A stretch of 45,593 nt of DNA from Gonapodya sp. JEL0774 (GCA_027604505.1 JADIIX010000159.1:1-45593), one strand, 5' to 3'; shown: positions 1-12,796, counted from the first letter of the stretch. Numbers and translations are program-made. Notes: generated by a model from the sequence alone, not told the origin.

Positions 1-880
1 CCTCGTTCAACTTCTTCATCAATTTGAATTTGGGTCTAGACTTCCAGTGGGAGGCGGAAGGATCGCAGTTGCCAATTCTCCGTGAGTTCGGAAATGTATT
101 CCCGCGCGGGCGCAACGCCGGTTGGTTGAGAAGATACAGCTCCATCGAGGGGTGACACGAGCACGGTTTGCAAGTTGTCGGGAGTTACCGATGTGGACCC
201 AGGCGTGTCTTCTCTCCCGATTGGAGAGGGCAATGGAGACAAGTGGGATCGGACGATTGTTGTTTTCCAAGCCCCGGGGATTCCAGCGACCAGGGCTGCC
301 TCGCTGTCCCGCGTTTGGGGGGTTCCATCAGCGGCGTTTTCGTCAAGAGCCGATGTAATTAATTTGAAAAACTCTGCGATAGGAAGCATCTCGCCGGCCT
401 CTTGGGCAGTTCTTGGACTCAGGGCGTGGAAGGGTATGGAGGATCGACTACATAGTATACATAGCAGCTGCTGTGGTGCTCGTGAGACACCTCCTGCAAG
501 CACACCTCGATGGGCTCTCATCCACGAAATCTCCTATTAGTTCATACCTTCGTCATTTGAAATTTAAAACGGCATAATAGCTTGTAGTGACCATATTACA
601 AGCTTTGTTCCATGTATCACAGGAGGAGGTACATGGTTGTATTCAGCAGATTCATGAGAATGGTAATGCCGCCCGTTTCAGCTCTGTCAGGGGATTTTTG
701 CGACACAGCCATATGACTCTCGAAGGAAATCCTTGACAGTCGGGCACTTGTTGGAGTGCACTATTGAATCGGCCTACTCCTGAGATATGGGGCACTTGAT
801 GACTGTGTAAAATGTTTTTTGGGTCTTGCTAACACAGAGGGGCTTTTCTGGAGTGGAAGTGCAAATGGGGGGATTTTGGG
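1..880 (-). pseudogene. 5' part and upstream region of a duplicate of the kinase-Sel1 gene, frameshifted; continues off the window edge
   Basis: Direct nucleotide similarity to ~7475-8300 (both encode MLPIAEFFKLITSA...GIPGAWKTT...SPIGREDTPGSTSV). GCAGTTGCC near 66-74 versus GCAGTTTGCC in the intact copy shifts the frame (ORF 36..521 hands over to ORF 19..270, TAILPPPTGSLDPNS), and that frame stops at 19-21. Confidence 0.7.
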
Positions 881-1439
881 GTTTTGGTTGGTAGTTGCTG
901 CGGTGCTCGTCACACTGTGCACAGTCCACCTGCCGTCTCCGCGCTCTCCTTTTCCGATATTCCCGCCCACTCCCATCTGCACTCATCACACGCTCATTCT
1001 CCCCTGTCTGTCCACCAGTGTTTTGTGTTTTATTCCACCACCAGCACCGACTTATTCTTCCAAAGGCCACGACTCCTCTCCCACCACACCAAACTACGAC
1101 TCCGCAACCACCAACCCCTTTGTTTCCTTCCTACCCCTACAAACCCACCACGGAAAATTGATAATAATAACAAGAAAAAAGAATTGTTGGATGGATGCAT
1201 GAACGAAGGAACGAAGGAACAAATGAAGCCCACATAAAAATGAAAACACAGGCGCGCACCACCACGGAAACTACTCGTGAGGGTGGACCTGGACAAACCG
1301 AACACCGGAAACCCCGAAAAAAACCCCCGAAAAAAAAACGAAAAAACGTACCACGAACCTCGATCCTCACCTGACCCACAACGTCTACCCCACTCCCCGC
1401 CCATCGGATTCCACTTCCCGCTCCTACCGCTCACTCTTC

Positions 1440-2300
1440 TGCTTCGTTTTTCTCCCGCTCATCGTACCGTACTCTGCGGTGCCGTACCCTACCATACCGT
1501 ATCGTGAGTACACTCTTCCGTTCCGTTCCGTTCCGTGCCGGTTCTGCTGAAGAGGACTCGAGGACTGGAGGACTGAAGGGATGGAGGAATGGAGCACTGG
1601 AGCACTGGAGGCCTCGAGGCATGGAGGACTGGCCGACTCGAGCTGGGACGAGTCGGGTCAGGTGCATCGGTGATGGAGTTGGTTGGGTCGGGGTGTGGTT
1701 GTTGCGGACTTCGACTAGGACTCGGGGCCGGGCCCGGGGATCCGGGTCCCTTGTGGAGAGCAGAGCGAGCCGCGATGGTCCCCCGCCATCCACACCACCC
1801 ACACCTTACCCCCTCCCTCATCGTCCCACACACCACCACAACACTCCATTCCTGCCACATTCTCAAGCGACTCACAAGAGTGCACCAGCTGCCCGTCGTC
1901 TCACGCCAACACCGACGCCGTTCCCGACTCCGACGTCCACCCGGCCCACCTCCAGCACCCCGACCCCGCTTCCACCCACCACCCATAGCGGCCACAGCTC
2001 ACGTCTCACGGCCCACCCACCCGTACCAGCTCACGGCTCACGATTCGGGTCGACGTGTCTCGTCGGGGGTCAGCGCTCCTCGATGCCCGCTGCTCGACAC
2101 GATATGGTGGTCGAAAGAACTTTGAACTTTTCGCAAGTATGGGGCGTCGAGAGCTGGAATCTGGGAATTTGGTTCGGGGGAGGTGGAGGCGAGGGTGGGG
2201 CAGTGGGGGAGGGGATAGGTTTGGACGTGGGAGGTGAGAGGTGGGTTGGAATTGGCAAAGAGAAACGCGTGATCGTCACCATGTCCAGCATCTCCCTGTG
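1440..2300. repeat. GC-rich dispersed repeat, copy 1; inverted relative to the copy at ~13640-14400
   Basis: Collinear reverse-complement matches: 2261-2280 with 13663-13680 (GGT[G/C]ACGATCACGCGTT), 2031-2042 with 13859-13870 (CGTGAGCCGTGA), ~1915-1950 with ~13915-13960. Includes a short (TTCCG)n run near 1516-1535. Boundaries approximate. Confidence 0.55.
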
Positions 2301-3856
2301 CCGCTGCGGTGTCCCCCCTTCCTGACCCCGCCGAATTGCACTGGTGCGGTGTGGTGTCACGATTCACACCCCACCCCACATTTCCCTAGTTGCGTGCGTG
2401 CGTGGGTCGTCTCCACAGAACTCGAGACCAGGACGTTCTTTTGTCTTGTGAAACTGCGCGTGCCACGATGCGGCTGGCCCACCCTTGCCAGCCCCATCTG
2501 ATCCTGTTCTCCTTCCCCCCCCCCCTTCCCCCCCGTGCCCCGGGCAGATCCCCACACTATCCTGTTTTAGTGACGATCCATGCACCTCGGCGGGTGCCAA
2601 CCACACGGACCGTCCCCACGCCACGCCACGAAGAACCAGCGCCCCTGCCTGCGCCGGGGTAGATCTCGCAGCTGTTGTGGAGAAGGATCGTGATATGTCG
2701 TCTCGAATGATGAGAATGGTCAGCAGTGGAGAGATGAGAGATGTGCGCGCGGCTCGAGGTTCTGATAACGAGCAGACGTCGACATTACATATCAGGAAGA
2801 CGACAACGCAGAATGTGGAATTGTTGGCCAAGGAAACACCGAGATTGACTCACTAGAGTCCAATGTGCGAACGTGGAGCCATTCACAACATGATGTTGCG
2901 ATCGCTGCGAGACAGGGACCGGCACCAAGGTTCGCGAACCACAGTTGCAAGCCGAAATCAAGCACCCGAGCGGTACGGAAACACCCTCTCGCCCCTCCCG
3001 GACTTCTCCTCTATTGGGGGAACTTTGCGTGCGAGAACACCGGGCATCAATTGGAACGGAGGGAGTTGTACGGGGACACTACGAGATCGGGCTTGGTATT
3101 TGGCGGGAAGTGAGAGTCAGCAAGTGCGCTTGGGGGAGCGCACGAATGCGAGGGGGGAATCGGAGTGGAGATGGGCTGGTGGGGAGTGTGGGGTGTGGGG
3201 TTGGTTCCGCAGCGAGCGAGTGTCGAAACCGAACATCCAACGCCGCGGGTAGTGGTGGGTGGTTATAGGAGACACGATACGTGTGCAGCTTAGATTTCTC
3301 GTAACTTGTTTTGAGCCGAGCAAGGAAACAAAACGTCAGTTCGACCTGTGCTCTTGAGTAGTCGTGCATATATAGTTCACGGTCCGGAGCGGCGCGAACA
3401 AATTTCACCAATATCGTTGAATCTGCTTTCCTCTCATTAACAAACTGTTTGCACAAACAGTCTATAAGGACATTGTCAGCGAGCAAACTCCAACGGTTAC
3501 GAAAATCTAGGGTTAAAAAGTAGTGTGAAAGTGCACTCCACAATTAGAATTACAGAGAGAAGAGGAATTGAAATGGTGACCCTTGCTATTCGTATCATGT
3601 GATATTGACATCGTTTTTAATTCTTTGCGAATTTCGCAACGTTTTGATCCACCAACGAAGGATAACAACGCGATTGAACGTGGTCTTTCGCGACCTTGCA
3701 TGATGAGCGGCTCATCATGCAACTCCCCTATATTTTCACGTTCAATATATGACACATGTACAAATACGTGTTCAGGGATCCGCCCTTCGTCTCCATGGCT
3801 GGCAACACCTCACCAGTATCTCGAGGAGTGCAGGTTCGTTTTTGTAGTTTTTTCTT

Positions 3857-6800
3857 TCATTCATCCATGAAATAATGTTCGATCGGCATCACCTGACGCA
3901 TCCGCCTCACGACTGCCTGAGGCCTCAGCTGCTCCCACCTAAGTTGCCCACTCAGTTGCTCCCACGCAACTCGCGCTTCCCATGTCCCCGCCAACTCGTA
4001 CATCTCGATGGCTTCGCCAATGTCACTTGTCAATCCTCCAAGTCCCCATTTGTACATTCGACCAAGTCCCACTGCCGCGACCACGTCACCCTCGGCGAGT
4101 GCCTCTGCGTATAAGCGCACGGCAGTCACCAAGTCCTGATCTAACCCTCCTCGACCAGTCTCATACATTCCTGCAAGTAAAGTCTTTGCCACACACCGGA
4201 GATCTTCCAAATAATATCGCACAGCTTTCTGCTCATCCTTTGCTCTTCCGCCCCACCCATGCTCATGGAGAATCCCAAGCGCCAAAGTATACTCCTTGTC
4301 ACCAGATTTTGTGAAAAGTGTCTCTGCCCTTCTCACATCACGCTCACAACCGCCAAGACCATGCACGTGAAAAAAGTATGCGAGATTGAACATTGCCCCA
4401 GCATTTCCCTGCTCTGCGGCTGTTGTGAAAAGTATCTTTGCTCCATGTACATCCTGTGATCCGCCGAGTCCGCTGACATACTTACACCCGAGGTTGTTTT
4501 GACCAAATGCATTCCCCTGGTCCGCAGCCTTCTTGTACCACTTAATAGCCTCTGCCTCATCCTTCTGCACACCCTTTCCATGTGAGAACATGAGCCCGAG
4601 GCTGACCTGCGCATTTGCATAGTCCTGGTCAGCTGCCCTCCTGTACCACTTGGCAGCCTCCGCCTCATCCTTCTCCAATCCCTTCCCATTTTCGTACATA
4701 TATCCAATGTTGAACTGAGCTCGCTTGTGACCTTGGTCGGCAGCCCTCCTATACCACTTTGCAGCCTCCACGTTGTCGTTCTGCACGCCCCGTCCAGCCA
4801 TATACATGTTACCAAGATTGATCTGTGCGTCAGCATCACCCTGGTCGGCGGCCCTCCAGTACCAATTCACAGCCTCTGCCTCATTGTTCTCCACGCCCTG
4901 CCCTGCCACATACATGTTGCCAAGATTGATCTGTGCGTCAGCATCACCCTGGTCAGCGGCCCTCCTGTACCACTTCACAGCCTCTGCCTCGTCCTTCTGC
5001 ACGCCCTCCCCGTTTGCGTACATCACACCTAGATTGTACTGGGCCAGTGCATTACCCCGGTCAGCAGCCCTCCTGTACCAATTCGCAACCCCCGCCTTGT
5101 CCTTCAGCGCACCCTCCCTGTTCGCGTACATGACGTCAAGATTCCACTGGGCCTGTGCATTCCCTTGGTCTGCGGCCCTCCTGTACCACTTCTCAGCTTC
5201 AGCGACATCCTTCTGCACACCCCGCTCCTTGTAGTACATGGTGCCGAGATTGCACTGGGCTGGTGCATAACCCTGGTCAGCAGCCATCCTGTACCACTTC
5301 ACAGCCTCCACCTCATCCTTTTGCACGCCCTTCCCATTGTCAAACATAACACCAAGATTTGACTGGGCCTGTGCGTAACCCTGGTTTGCGGCCCTCCAGT
5401 ACCACTTCACAGCCTCCGCCTCATCCTTCTGCACACCCTGTCCATTGTCATACATGACACCAAGATTATACTGGGCTGGTGCGTCCCTCTGGTTGGCGGC
5501 CTTCCTGTACCACTTCACAGCCTCCCTCTCATTCTTCTCCACACCCTTGCCATTCTCGTACATGAAACCAAGATTGCACTGCGCTTTTGCATGACCCTGG
5601 TCGGCAGCCCTCCTGTACCACTTCGCAGCCTCTGTCTCATCCTTCTGCACGCCCTGTCCTTTAAAGTACTTGAGTGCAAGTTTGTACTGGGCCATTGCAT
5701 GACCCTGGTTGGCAGCCTCCCTGTACCACTTCACGGCCTCCTCCTCGTCCTTCTGCACACCCCGCCTGTTGTCGTTCATAACGGCAAGATAGTGCTGCGC
5801 CAGTGCATAGCCCTGTTCAGCGGATCTCCTGTACCACTTTACAGCCTCTGCCTCGTCCTTCTGCAATCCCTCCCCATTTGCATACATGGTACCAAGATTT
5901 AACTGCGCCTGTACAGAACCCTGGTCTGCGGCCTTCCTCCACCATTTCACTGCCTCCTGGCGGTCTTCTGTGTGACCTTGACCGAAATAGAACAATGCAC
6001 CCAGGTCAAATTGTGCCTGAAGGTTGCCTTGCTCTGCTGCGTGCTGGCACCACGTGAATGCAGATTCGAGGTTCTTTGGAAGTATTCCAAGTCCATTCTT
6101 GTAGAAGAAATATAGTTGATGCATAGCTTTCACGTGCCCAAATTCTGCCGCACGCAAATAGACCTGCGATGCCTTGTCCAAGCTTTGTTCTATCCCTTGA
6201 CGTCCATGATGAAAACCCTCTGCCATCATCCACAAATATTCTGCATCGCCGATCAAGTCCGCCTCTGAGACTGATTCAATCTCGGCTGGTGGTCGTTCAG
6301 GGCTAGGTGGCATGTGATGAGAAATCAGGAGTATGGATGGTGAAACAAGGTACTTACGTGATCTGAGAAAGAATTCTGGTGATTGAGGTAAATGGTGGAC
6401 GCTTGGTTGGATCTGGGTCCCAGCATTGTCGCATCAGCAATTCAAGTTCTGTGGGCACATTGGCGTCTGCTGGAATGTGCGGCCGTTCATGGGGACGACC
6501 GCATATCTTAGGTAGGAATGCATAGAACTGCAGGGTGAGAAGTTCGCTGAAAGGTTCTTTCTTGGTGCAGAGCTTCCAAGAGGATCGGCAAATGTTTGTT
6601 ACAGGGTCGGCACCAACAATAATGGCCATACTCCTCACCGAATATATGACCATCGCAAATGCGTAAATATCGTCCGCTTTTGTTGTGCCCTCTCCCCGCA
6701 ATCGTTCAGGTGACATATATCGCGCCTTCCCAACACGACCGCCGGTGGCTTCACTTGTGGCCGCACTCAAAACTTTAGATGTTCCAAAATCCGTCAGGAC

Positions 6801-7864
6801 TGCGTGTTTCCTTCTGTCCACAAGAACATTGTCGGGAGAGAGATCAGCGTGGACGATGCCCACGCTGTGCAAGTATTCCAACCCTCGAGCGATATCGAGA
6901 AGCTGACACACATTAAGCGATAAAAGAGACATTCCACACTGAGCAATAAAAGAGTGGAGCCACAAAATGAAGATATAACCTCACGAGCAAAAGTATTTCA
7001 CATCGCCTCAGAGTTTCGTCTTCCTCAAAACTTTTGAGATATTTCCGTACACTCCCATACTCGAGGATTGGCGAGACGAAAGCAAACATGCTTCCCTGCC
7101 TCACGATACCGTACAAACGCAGTACATGCTCAGATGTCAAGTTGTACCACGTAGTAGCTTCGTCGTCGAAAGACTGTGAAAGGTCAGCAAGGTAGGTCTA
7201 GCTAAGCGCTCAAGTGAAAAACGTCTCGCACCTTCATGTCATATCCTTCTGCAAATGTTATGACCTTGACGGCGACATCAATGTCCTTGAGCCACTTTCC
7301 GCGGCACACCACACTGTACCCTCCCTTTCCTAGTATGTTGCTGACAGAGCATTCCAAGTCCGATTCCTTGATTTCCCAGACATCTGGAATTTTTGCAAGC
7401 TGAGTGGTAGTTGTGGTCGCTGCTTCATCTTTCGCGATTTGAGCTGCAGATGTACTGATGTTGACGGAATGGTGCCCTAGTGCACCTTCTCCCTCAATTG
7501 AATTTGGATCCCGAGGTCCGGTAGACGAAGGAAGGATCGCAGTTTGCCAATGCTCCGTATGATCGGGAATGCATTCCCGCGCAGGCGCGACGTCGGCTGG
7601 TTGCGAAGGTTCAGCTCCATCGAGGTGTGAAACCAGTGCGGTTTGCCAGTTGTCGGGAATCACCGATGTGGACCCAGGCGTGTCTTCTCTCCCGATTGGA
7701 GAGGCCAATGGGGACAAGTGGGATAGGATGTGTGTTGTTTTCCAAGCTCCGGGTATTCCCGTGACCATGGCTGTCTCGCCATCCCGCGTTTGAGCGGATC
7801 CATCAGCGGCGATTATTTCACGAGCCGAAGTAATTAATTTGAAAAACTCTGCGATAGGGAGCAT
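3857..7864 (-). CDS. Tyrosine-kinase-like (TKL) protein kinase with C-terminal Sel1-like repeat array; 5 or more exons
   Basis: Exons about 7864-7232, 7173-6985, 6902-~6639, ~6572-6358, 6302-3857 with GT..AG introns. Motifs: WEIKESDL, LGKGGYSVV, VAVK, DIARGLEYLH, HADLSPDNVL, DFG, YMSPE, DIYAFAM, CWDPDPTKRP. The last exon has roughly 20 36-aa repeats of type AQYNLGVMYxxGxGVQKDEAEAVKWYRRAADQG. The true start may lie in upstream exons up to ~8200. Confidence 0.93.
4480..6010 (-). repeat. 108-bp coding tandem repeat (core of the Sel1 array)
   Basis: CTGTACCACTTCACAGCCTC-like and TCCTTCTGCAC-like blocks recur every 108 nt. Two adjacent units share ADQGDADAQINLGNMY almost exactly at nucleotide level. 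Confidence 0.9.
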
Positions 7865-8725
7865 CTCGCCGGCTCTTGGGGTTTGTCTTTGGAGCGTGGC
7901 TCGGGATGGGAGCTTGACTATTCCTCCAGTGCTCCTCGGCCTTCTCAACAATTCGGTTGGCTGCCCTCCAGGGCATCTCCTTCATACCTTCGTCCCTTGA
8001 AATTAAAATCTGCATAATACCTTGTAGCGAAGATATTAGAAGCATTGTTCAATGGATCACAAGAGGTACATGTATCGTTTTCAGCAGACTGAGAAGGGTC
8101 CCCCCCGTTTCAGCTCTGTGAGATATATTTCGACGCAGCCATATGATTCTCGAAGGAAATCGTCGACATGGCACCTGCTCTTCTCCACTTTAACTCCTGA
8201 AATACGGGCCACTCCATGTCTGTCTGAAATTCCATTCCGGTCATGCAAAAACTGAGGCACTTTCCTCGAGTGGAAGTTAAAATGGGGGGTTGTTCACGAT
8301 TTGGATTTGGAGTCAGTGTTTGTTGTTTGCAGACTCCACAATCCACGTGCGTTTCCTCCCCTTCGTAGTCACACCATGAACACGCCAGCTTTTCCCTGCC
8401 CTCCAACGACTCTCCCACTCTCCCACTCTCCCCGCCGCACTCGGTCTGCAATCAATCTCTCCGTGCACAATCCACGCGCCCTTGTGGGAAATTCTTTCCT
8501 TTCATTCCTCTCACCAGCAAACTGCGCAACGTCCCGAAAGTCACAAGAACGAGGCAAAAAGACTTCTTACTGGCCTTGAAGCGATTCCTCAATGTTAGAA
8601 ATTTCATTGTGTTCCTCATCACACCCTCGAGAGCCTTGCGTTACATCCACCTTTCTTGCCAACCCCCACCCGACGTGCTTGGTGCACCAGCACACAGCCG
8701 CTCTCCTCCACTTCCCTCGATCTTC

Positions 8726-11381
8726 CTATAGCTCCACCACAACCGAAACCGCACCACTTTCCTCTATGCTAATTACGCGTACCTGCCGGTCCCTCGGCCA
8801 CCTGCCCTCGGAAAGTATCATCATAACTGCTCCCGTGACACTAGCCTCTGAGTTTCCCAGCACAGCCAAAGCAGGGTAAAATGCATCACCAAACCCGCAC
8901 GACAGGCGCCAGACCACAGCGTAGTTGGGGCTGGCATAAGCACACCCACCGACTTGAAACCCGCCTTCAATTCCACTATCAGATCCTCCAGTATGCACTA
9001 CAGATACCGGAGATGGTCCACCAGGCAGTCGTCTGATCACCTCGTAAATCCCATCAGCCTCGCTCCTCCCCCTAACAAGAAACAATGCTGAGCACCACAC
9101 TGGACGGCTGATGGGATCCAAAACCCCCAAGCATCTTGGCTGTCCAACCAGCCACTCGTCATCCTCAATTGGATCTTCCGGTGGCTCTAGCATCCTCAGT
9201 CCTTTTGCCATATCCCTCCACGGACCCACCTTCCACGGATCCGCCCTTCCCGCAGCAGCAGCCTCAACGGCACGACATACGACCCGCCCCAGCCCCACAC
9301 CCCGTATATCTGCCAAAACAACGGGCTTGCGCCAGACTCCCATGGCTCGCCGCGCTATATCCACTGCTGCCGCGGAGCAATACCCGTCATGCACAACTAG
9401 AACGCCTCCAAGTGGTGGTCCACGACGGGGCAGAGGGTCCGGCCTCCAAGAGAACTGAGCCGTCTGGTCCAGCTCCCATGGCGCGTCATGACGCGCCCGG
9501 AAGAGAGCGGCGAACTTGCGGTCAAAGGTCTGTCCGTCGATGGTGAACCCAGTCAAGGGTACGTGGTCGACTGTGGCAACACCGAAATATGGGTCGTCGG
9601 CAGGATCGTGGCCATGGATGTACATACGGCGGATGTTTGAAGTCGTCACGTGCCAGACACCCGACGCTGCGTCGCGAAAGACCGCAACACGAGATGGTGA
9701 TGTGAGATCAAAGGCTTGTGTGGGGTGAATGGGACCGCGACCACCATACGCGCCGTGCAGGGTGACGCGGGACCAAGACGGTGGGACAGGAGGTGGGGGT
9801 GGACAGAGGTCATACTCTGGGTTCGGGTGTTGAGGGAGGCGGCGGGAGAGCGCGGAAGCGATGGACAAGGAAAGAAATTCGTTCAAGACAGTGGGTTTGT
9901 TGCACGGGAGGGCGTGGAGGGATGGTGGGTGGCACTTGAATTCCTTGGAGGCTTGAATTGCAGATTTGAGGAAACGGCGGAGGTTATCTTGGAGGGGCGA
10001 AGAACCAAGTCCCGGAACAATCTTGCACGCAAAGAACTGTGATACAAGGCCAAATGCAGACGCATGCCCATGAACACACCATCAGCGGATCGGCCACCAA
10101 ATTCTCAGCCACCTGTACGAACATGTTCCACTCTATGTCATTCGCCCAATCCAGTCCTTCAGGTGTCTTCACGTTCTCAGGCTCTCCCACCAGAAGCACT
10201 CCAAAGTTGTTATCCCATTCAGCCAGAGCGCTTCTGAGCGCCACATGGCACCCGTGCCCGACACCGACCCACAAGGAGCCCATGTCCCTGATAACTTCAT
10301 GGTACCTTCCATCCGGTCCTTCTCCTCCACAGTAGCCCTTTTTTACAAGACTCTGAAGCGCCCGGGAGCATGTAAGGTACGAGGGCGACTGTTTTCCGAC
10401 GGGGAGGACTGACCACGCGCCTGCAGGGGGTTGGAACGGGAGAGAGGTCACAAACGCAACCGGGTCTTTGGGGATCGTAGCGGTTGCTGTGCAGATCGAC
10501 ACAACTGGGAAAGAAGAGCTCGAGGACATAGACGTTTCGACAGTTGGCGGATGAGGTCTGCACGCTACAGCGGCGTACACTGACATTCCTCGGTCAGGGT
10601 AAGTAAAGAGAAATGGTTCGGAGCACCTGGCTTGGCGGGGCCGGGCAAGAAGTATCTGCTTTGTAGGTGGGTCGGCGGGGACACCATGGTCAAGGGTGAA
10701 AGAGACTTGGATCGGGAACTCAACATCTGCAGCAACTTGGACTCCACGTGGAAGATTTGGGATGCGTAGGGTCAGGGGGAAGGGCTGGCATGCGGTGAGG
10801 TCGGGGTGGAAGCGGTGTGTCGAGGTCAAATCCTGCCCGTCGGACGTGGCAATGGTCACAGAGATTAGGAGCCGACCCGGAGGGATATCAATGTGTGGTA
10901 TGATAACCGGCGAAAAAATTGGTGAGGAGGGTCGGCCGCTTTGTGCAGACCGTGGATCGAAGGGTGGTTTGGTTGCGAATTAGATTTGGTTGAACGCAAA
11001 TTCGAGTAGAGCACTCGCTCACTCGACGATATCAGGCAAAATAAGGTTGTCGAGCGAAACGTGGAATCCTAGCCCGCCTTCCTCGCCCACGTTCCTGAGC
11101 CTACGCAGACTGGAGGTGCTCGAGAGCTCAGGGTGGGCAATACATTGATGCATTCCGGAGGCCAGTCGCACTGGGCACATCGACGGAGTTAAAGAACTGT
11201 GTTCGAAGAACGAGCACCCGTCGATGGAAAGGGGAAGTACCGGGGAATCGGTGTGGGTGTTGGCTGGGTGCACCAAATAGACCCCCTCACGCTCAACGGC
11301 CAGCGAGGCGTTGTGGAGCGGTAAGGCTTCCGGAGCAAATAGCTCGTCGAGATCCGGGATGGTGCGCGCGGCTGCAGTCAT
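8726..11381 (-). CDS. Hypothetical protein (~3 exons), possibly a degenerate alpha/beta-hydrolase (S9-like) fold
   Basis: Three consecutive same-strand ORFs (11019..11381, 9984..10859, 8726..9886) separated by short gaps with GT donors (GTGAGC after ...PDIV; GTGTGT after ...DPLM). LWVGVGHGCHVAL resembles a nucleophile elbow lacking Ser. The gene is likely real; the fold assignment is tentative. Confidence 0.55.
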
Positions 11382-12187
11382 TGCGGGTGTGGCTCTTTTG
11401 AGTGATGGACCTCACTCAACGGTGCCATGACACTCCAGGCCACACTGTCGAACTTTGTTGCGGATGCGGCCATGCCTCCCAATCATTCACTTTCGCCCAC
11501 AATAAAATTGATAAATATTTCGAAATTCGACGTGCTCACGGGAGTGCAAACACTCACCGGCAAAGGTTATTCTGCTTTCGCCGCGCGACCTCCCAAAAGT
11601 CACGATCCCTCTCTTGTCCCTGTCCATCCCTTCATTTTCTTCAGTAACATTCTCAACTCTATCTACCGGCTCGACAGCCAATATGTAGGTCCTGTCCCGG
11701 ATTCGTAATACAATGCAAATTCCTCACGTCAACCGCCCCCCTCTGAACCCACGTAAGCACACGAGCATCACGACTCCAATGGTCTTCCGGATATTTTTTT
11801 TGTGCGAGCTGTACATGGCATTTCTATACTGAAACATGTCTCGAAATACATCAACGCAGGTGAACGCGACCGTCGTGTGTGTTGCTTAAGAACATGATAC
11901 AGTAAATAATCTCCGCGGGCTGTGGGAGCTGTGGCTTTGAGGGGTTCGTGATCAGCACAGCCTGGCGGGCTTTGCCCCTCCCAAACGGTTCTTGACAGCC
12001 AAAACTGATCACACATACAAAATCAGGAATTGACTGAAATACTCCAAGACCCGCGTTTCCTTCCCCTTTCATTCCGCTCCAAAAGAAAATACCGATGGTG
12101 AGTTTCCCCGTTTCTTTTGTCATGCCCATTCCAAGGCGATCGGCACGGTTTCTTACTGAGTGGAACCCCCCCATATAGAGGCGATCT

Positions 12188-12796
12188 ATGACCACCACCA
12201 TTTTCGCATTAGCACAGCTTTGTCTTGTTCTGCTCACCGCCTCTCTCCCAACTGCTCGTGGGGCGGCGACTACCTTTATCGAGGTACGTGGTAGAGAACC
12301 CCATGACGTTGTTATCGCGGGCAGGCACCCCTGGTGGGAAAGTAATGCAACATCCACAGAATCCACACTTGACATACTTCCCCTCCTCCCCCTTTCCCGT
12401 CGCGGCCCCTTCCTTGTTAGAACTATTACCTCGTCCACTGCCGGTCTGGGCTCCGTCATCTACTCACAAGTCCTTTACGCTCGCTTCGGCCCCCGAGACA
12501 TCCGCCTCGCCCAGCAACCTCTTCGATATGACGCTTCATCGTCCGGGTTCACGGGGATTGCTGGGTGGAAGGTCTGGGAGGGAAACTCGTTTGACGTGTC
12601 GTTCGCGGACGGGAACTCCTTCCGCGGATCAATCTTACCCTCGGGAAACACATTCCCGTTCGGCCAATTCGTGGGCTCGGCAGCGGACAACTTCCGCTCG
12701 TTCAACTGCTTCTCGGCAAGGAACCCAGGCGGAAGGAACCCACGGGGTTTCATCAAGGTCAACTCCGCGTGCGACGTCATATACGTTTGCACGTAG
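12188..12796 (+). CDS. Small secreted protein with C-terminal cysteines (effector-like)
   Basis: N-terminal hydrophobic signal peptide MTTTIFALAQLCLVLLTASLPTARG. C-terminal half W-E-G..F-A-D-G-N-S-F...F-N-C...C-D-V-I-Y-V-C. An intron-like segment lies at 12284-12420 (see findings). Confidence 0.7.
   Translation: MTTTIFALAQLCLVLLTASLPTARGAATTFIEVRGREPHDVVIAGRHPWWESNATSTESTLDILPLLPLSRRGPFLVRTITSSTAGLGSVIYSQVLYARFGPRDIRLAQQPLRYDASSSGFTGIAGWKVWEGNSFDVSFADGNSFRGSILPSGNTFPFGQFVGSAADNFRSFNCFSARNPGGRNPRGFIKVNSACDVIYVCT

Noticed and set aside
760..3260. Many overlapping GC-rich ORFs on both strands (e.g. 1504..2325)
   Set aside because: Low-complexity Pro/Arg/Gly translations in all frames, overlapping a dispersed repeat; no domain motifs.
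3079..3755. Lower-GC minus-strand ORFs downstream of the Sel1 gene
   Set aside because: Could be a gene remnant, but I recognise no motif and cannot build a splice model.
11427..11708. 93-aa ATG ORF starting 46 nt from the divergent gene start
   Set aside because: Short, featureless and located in probable promoter space.
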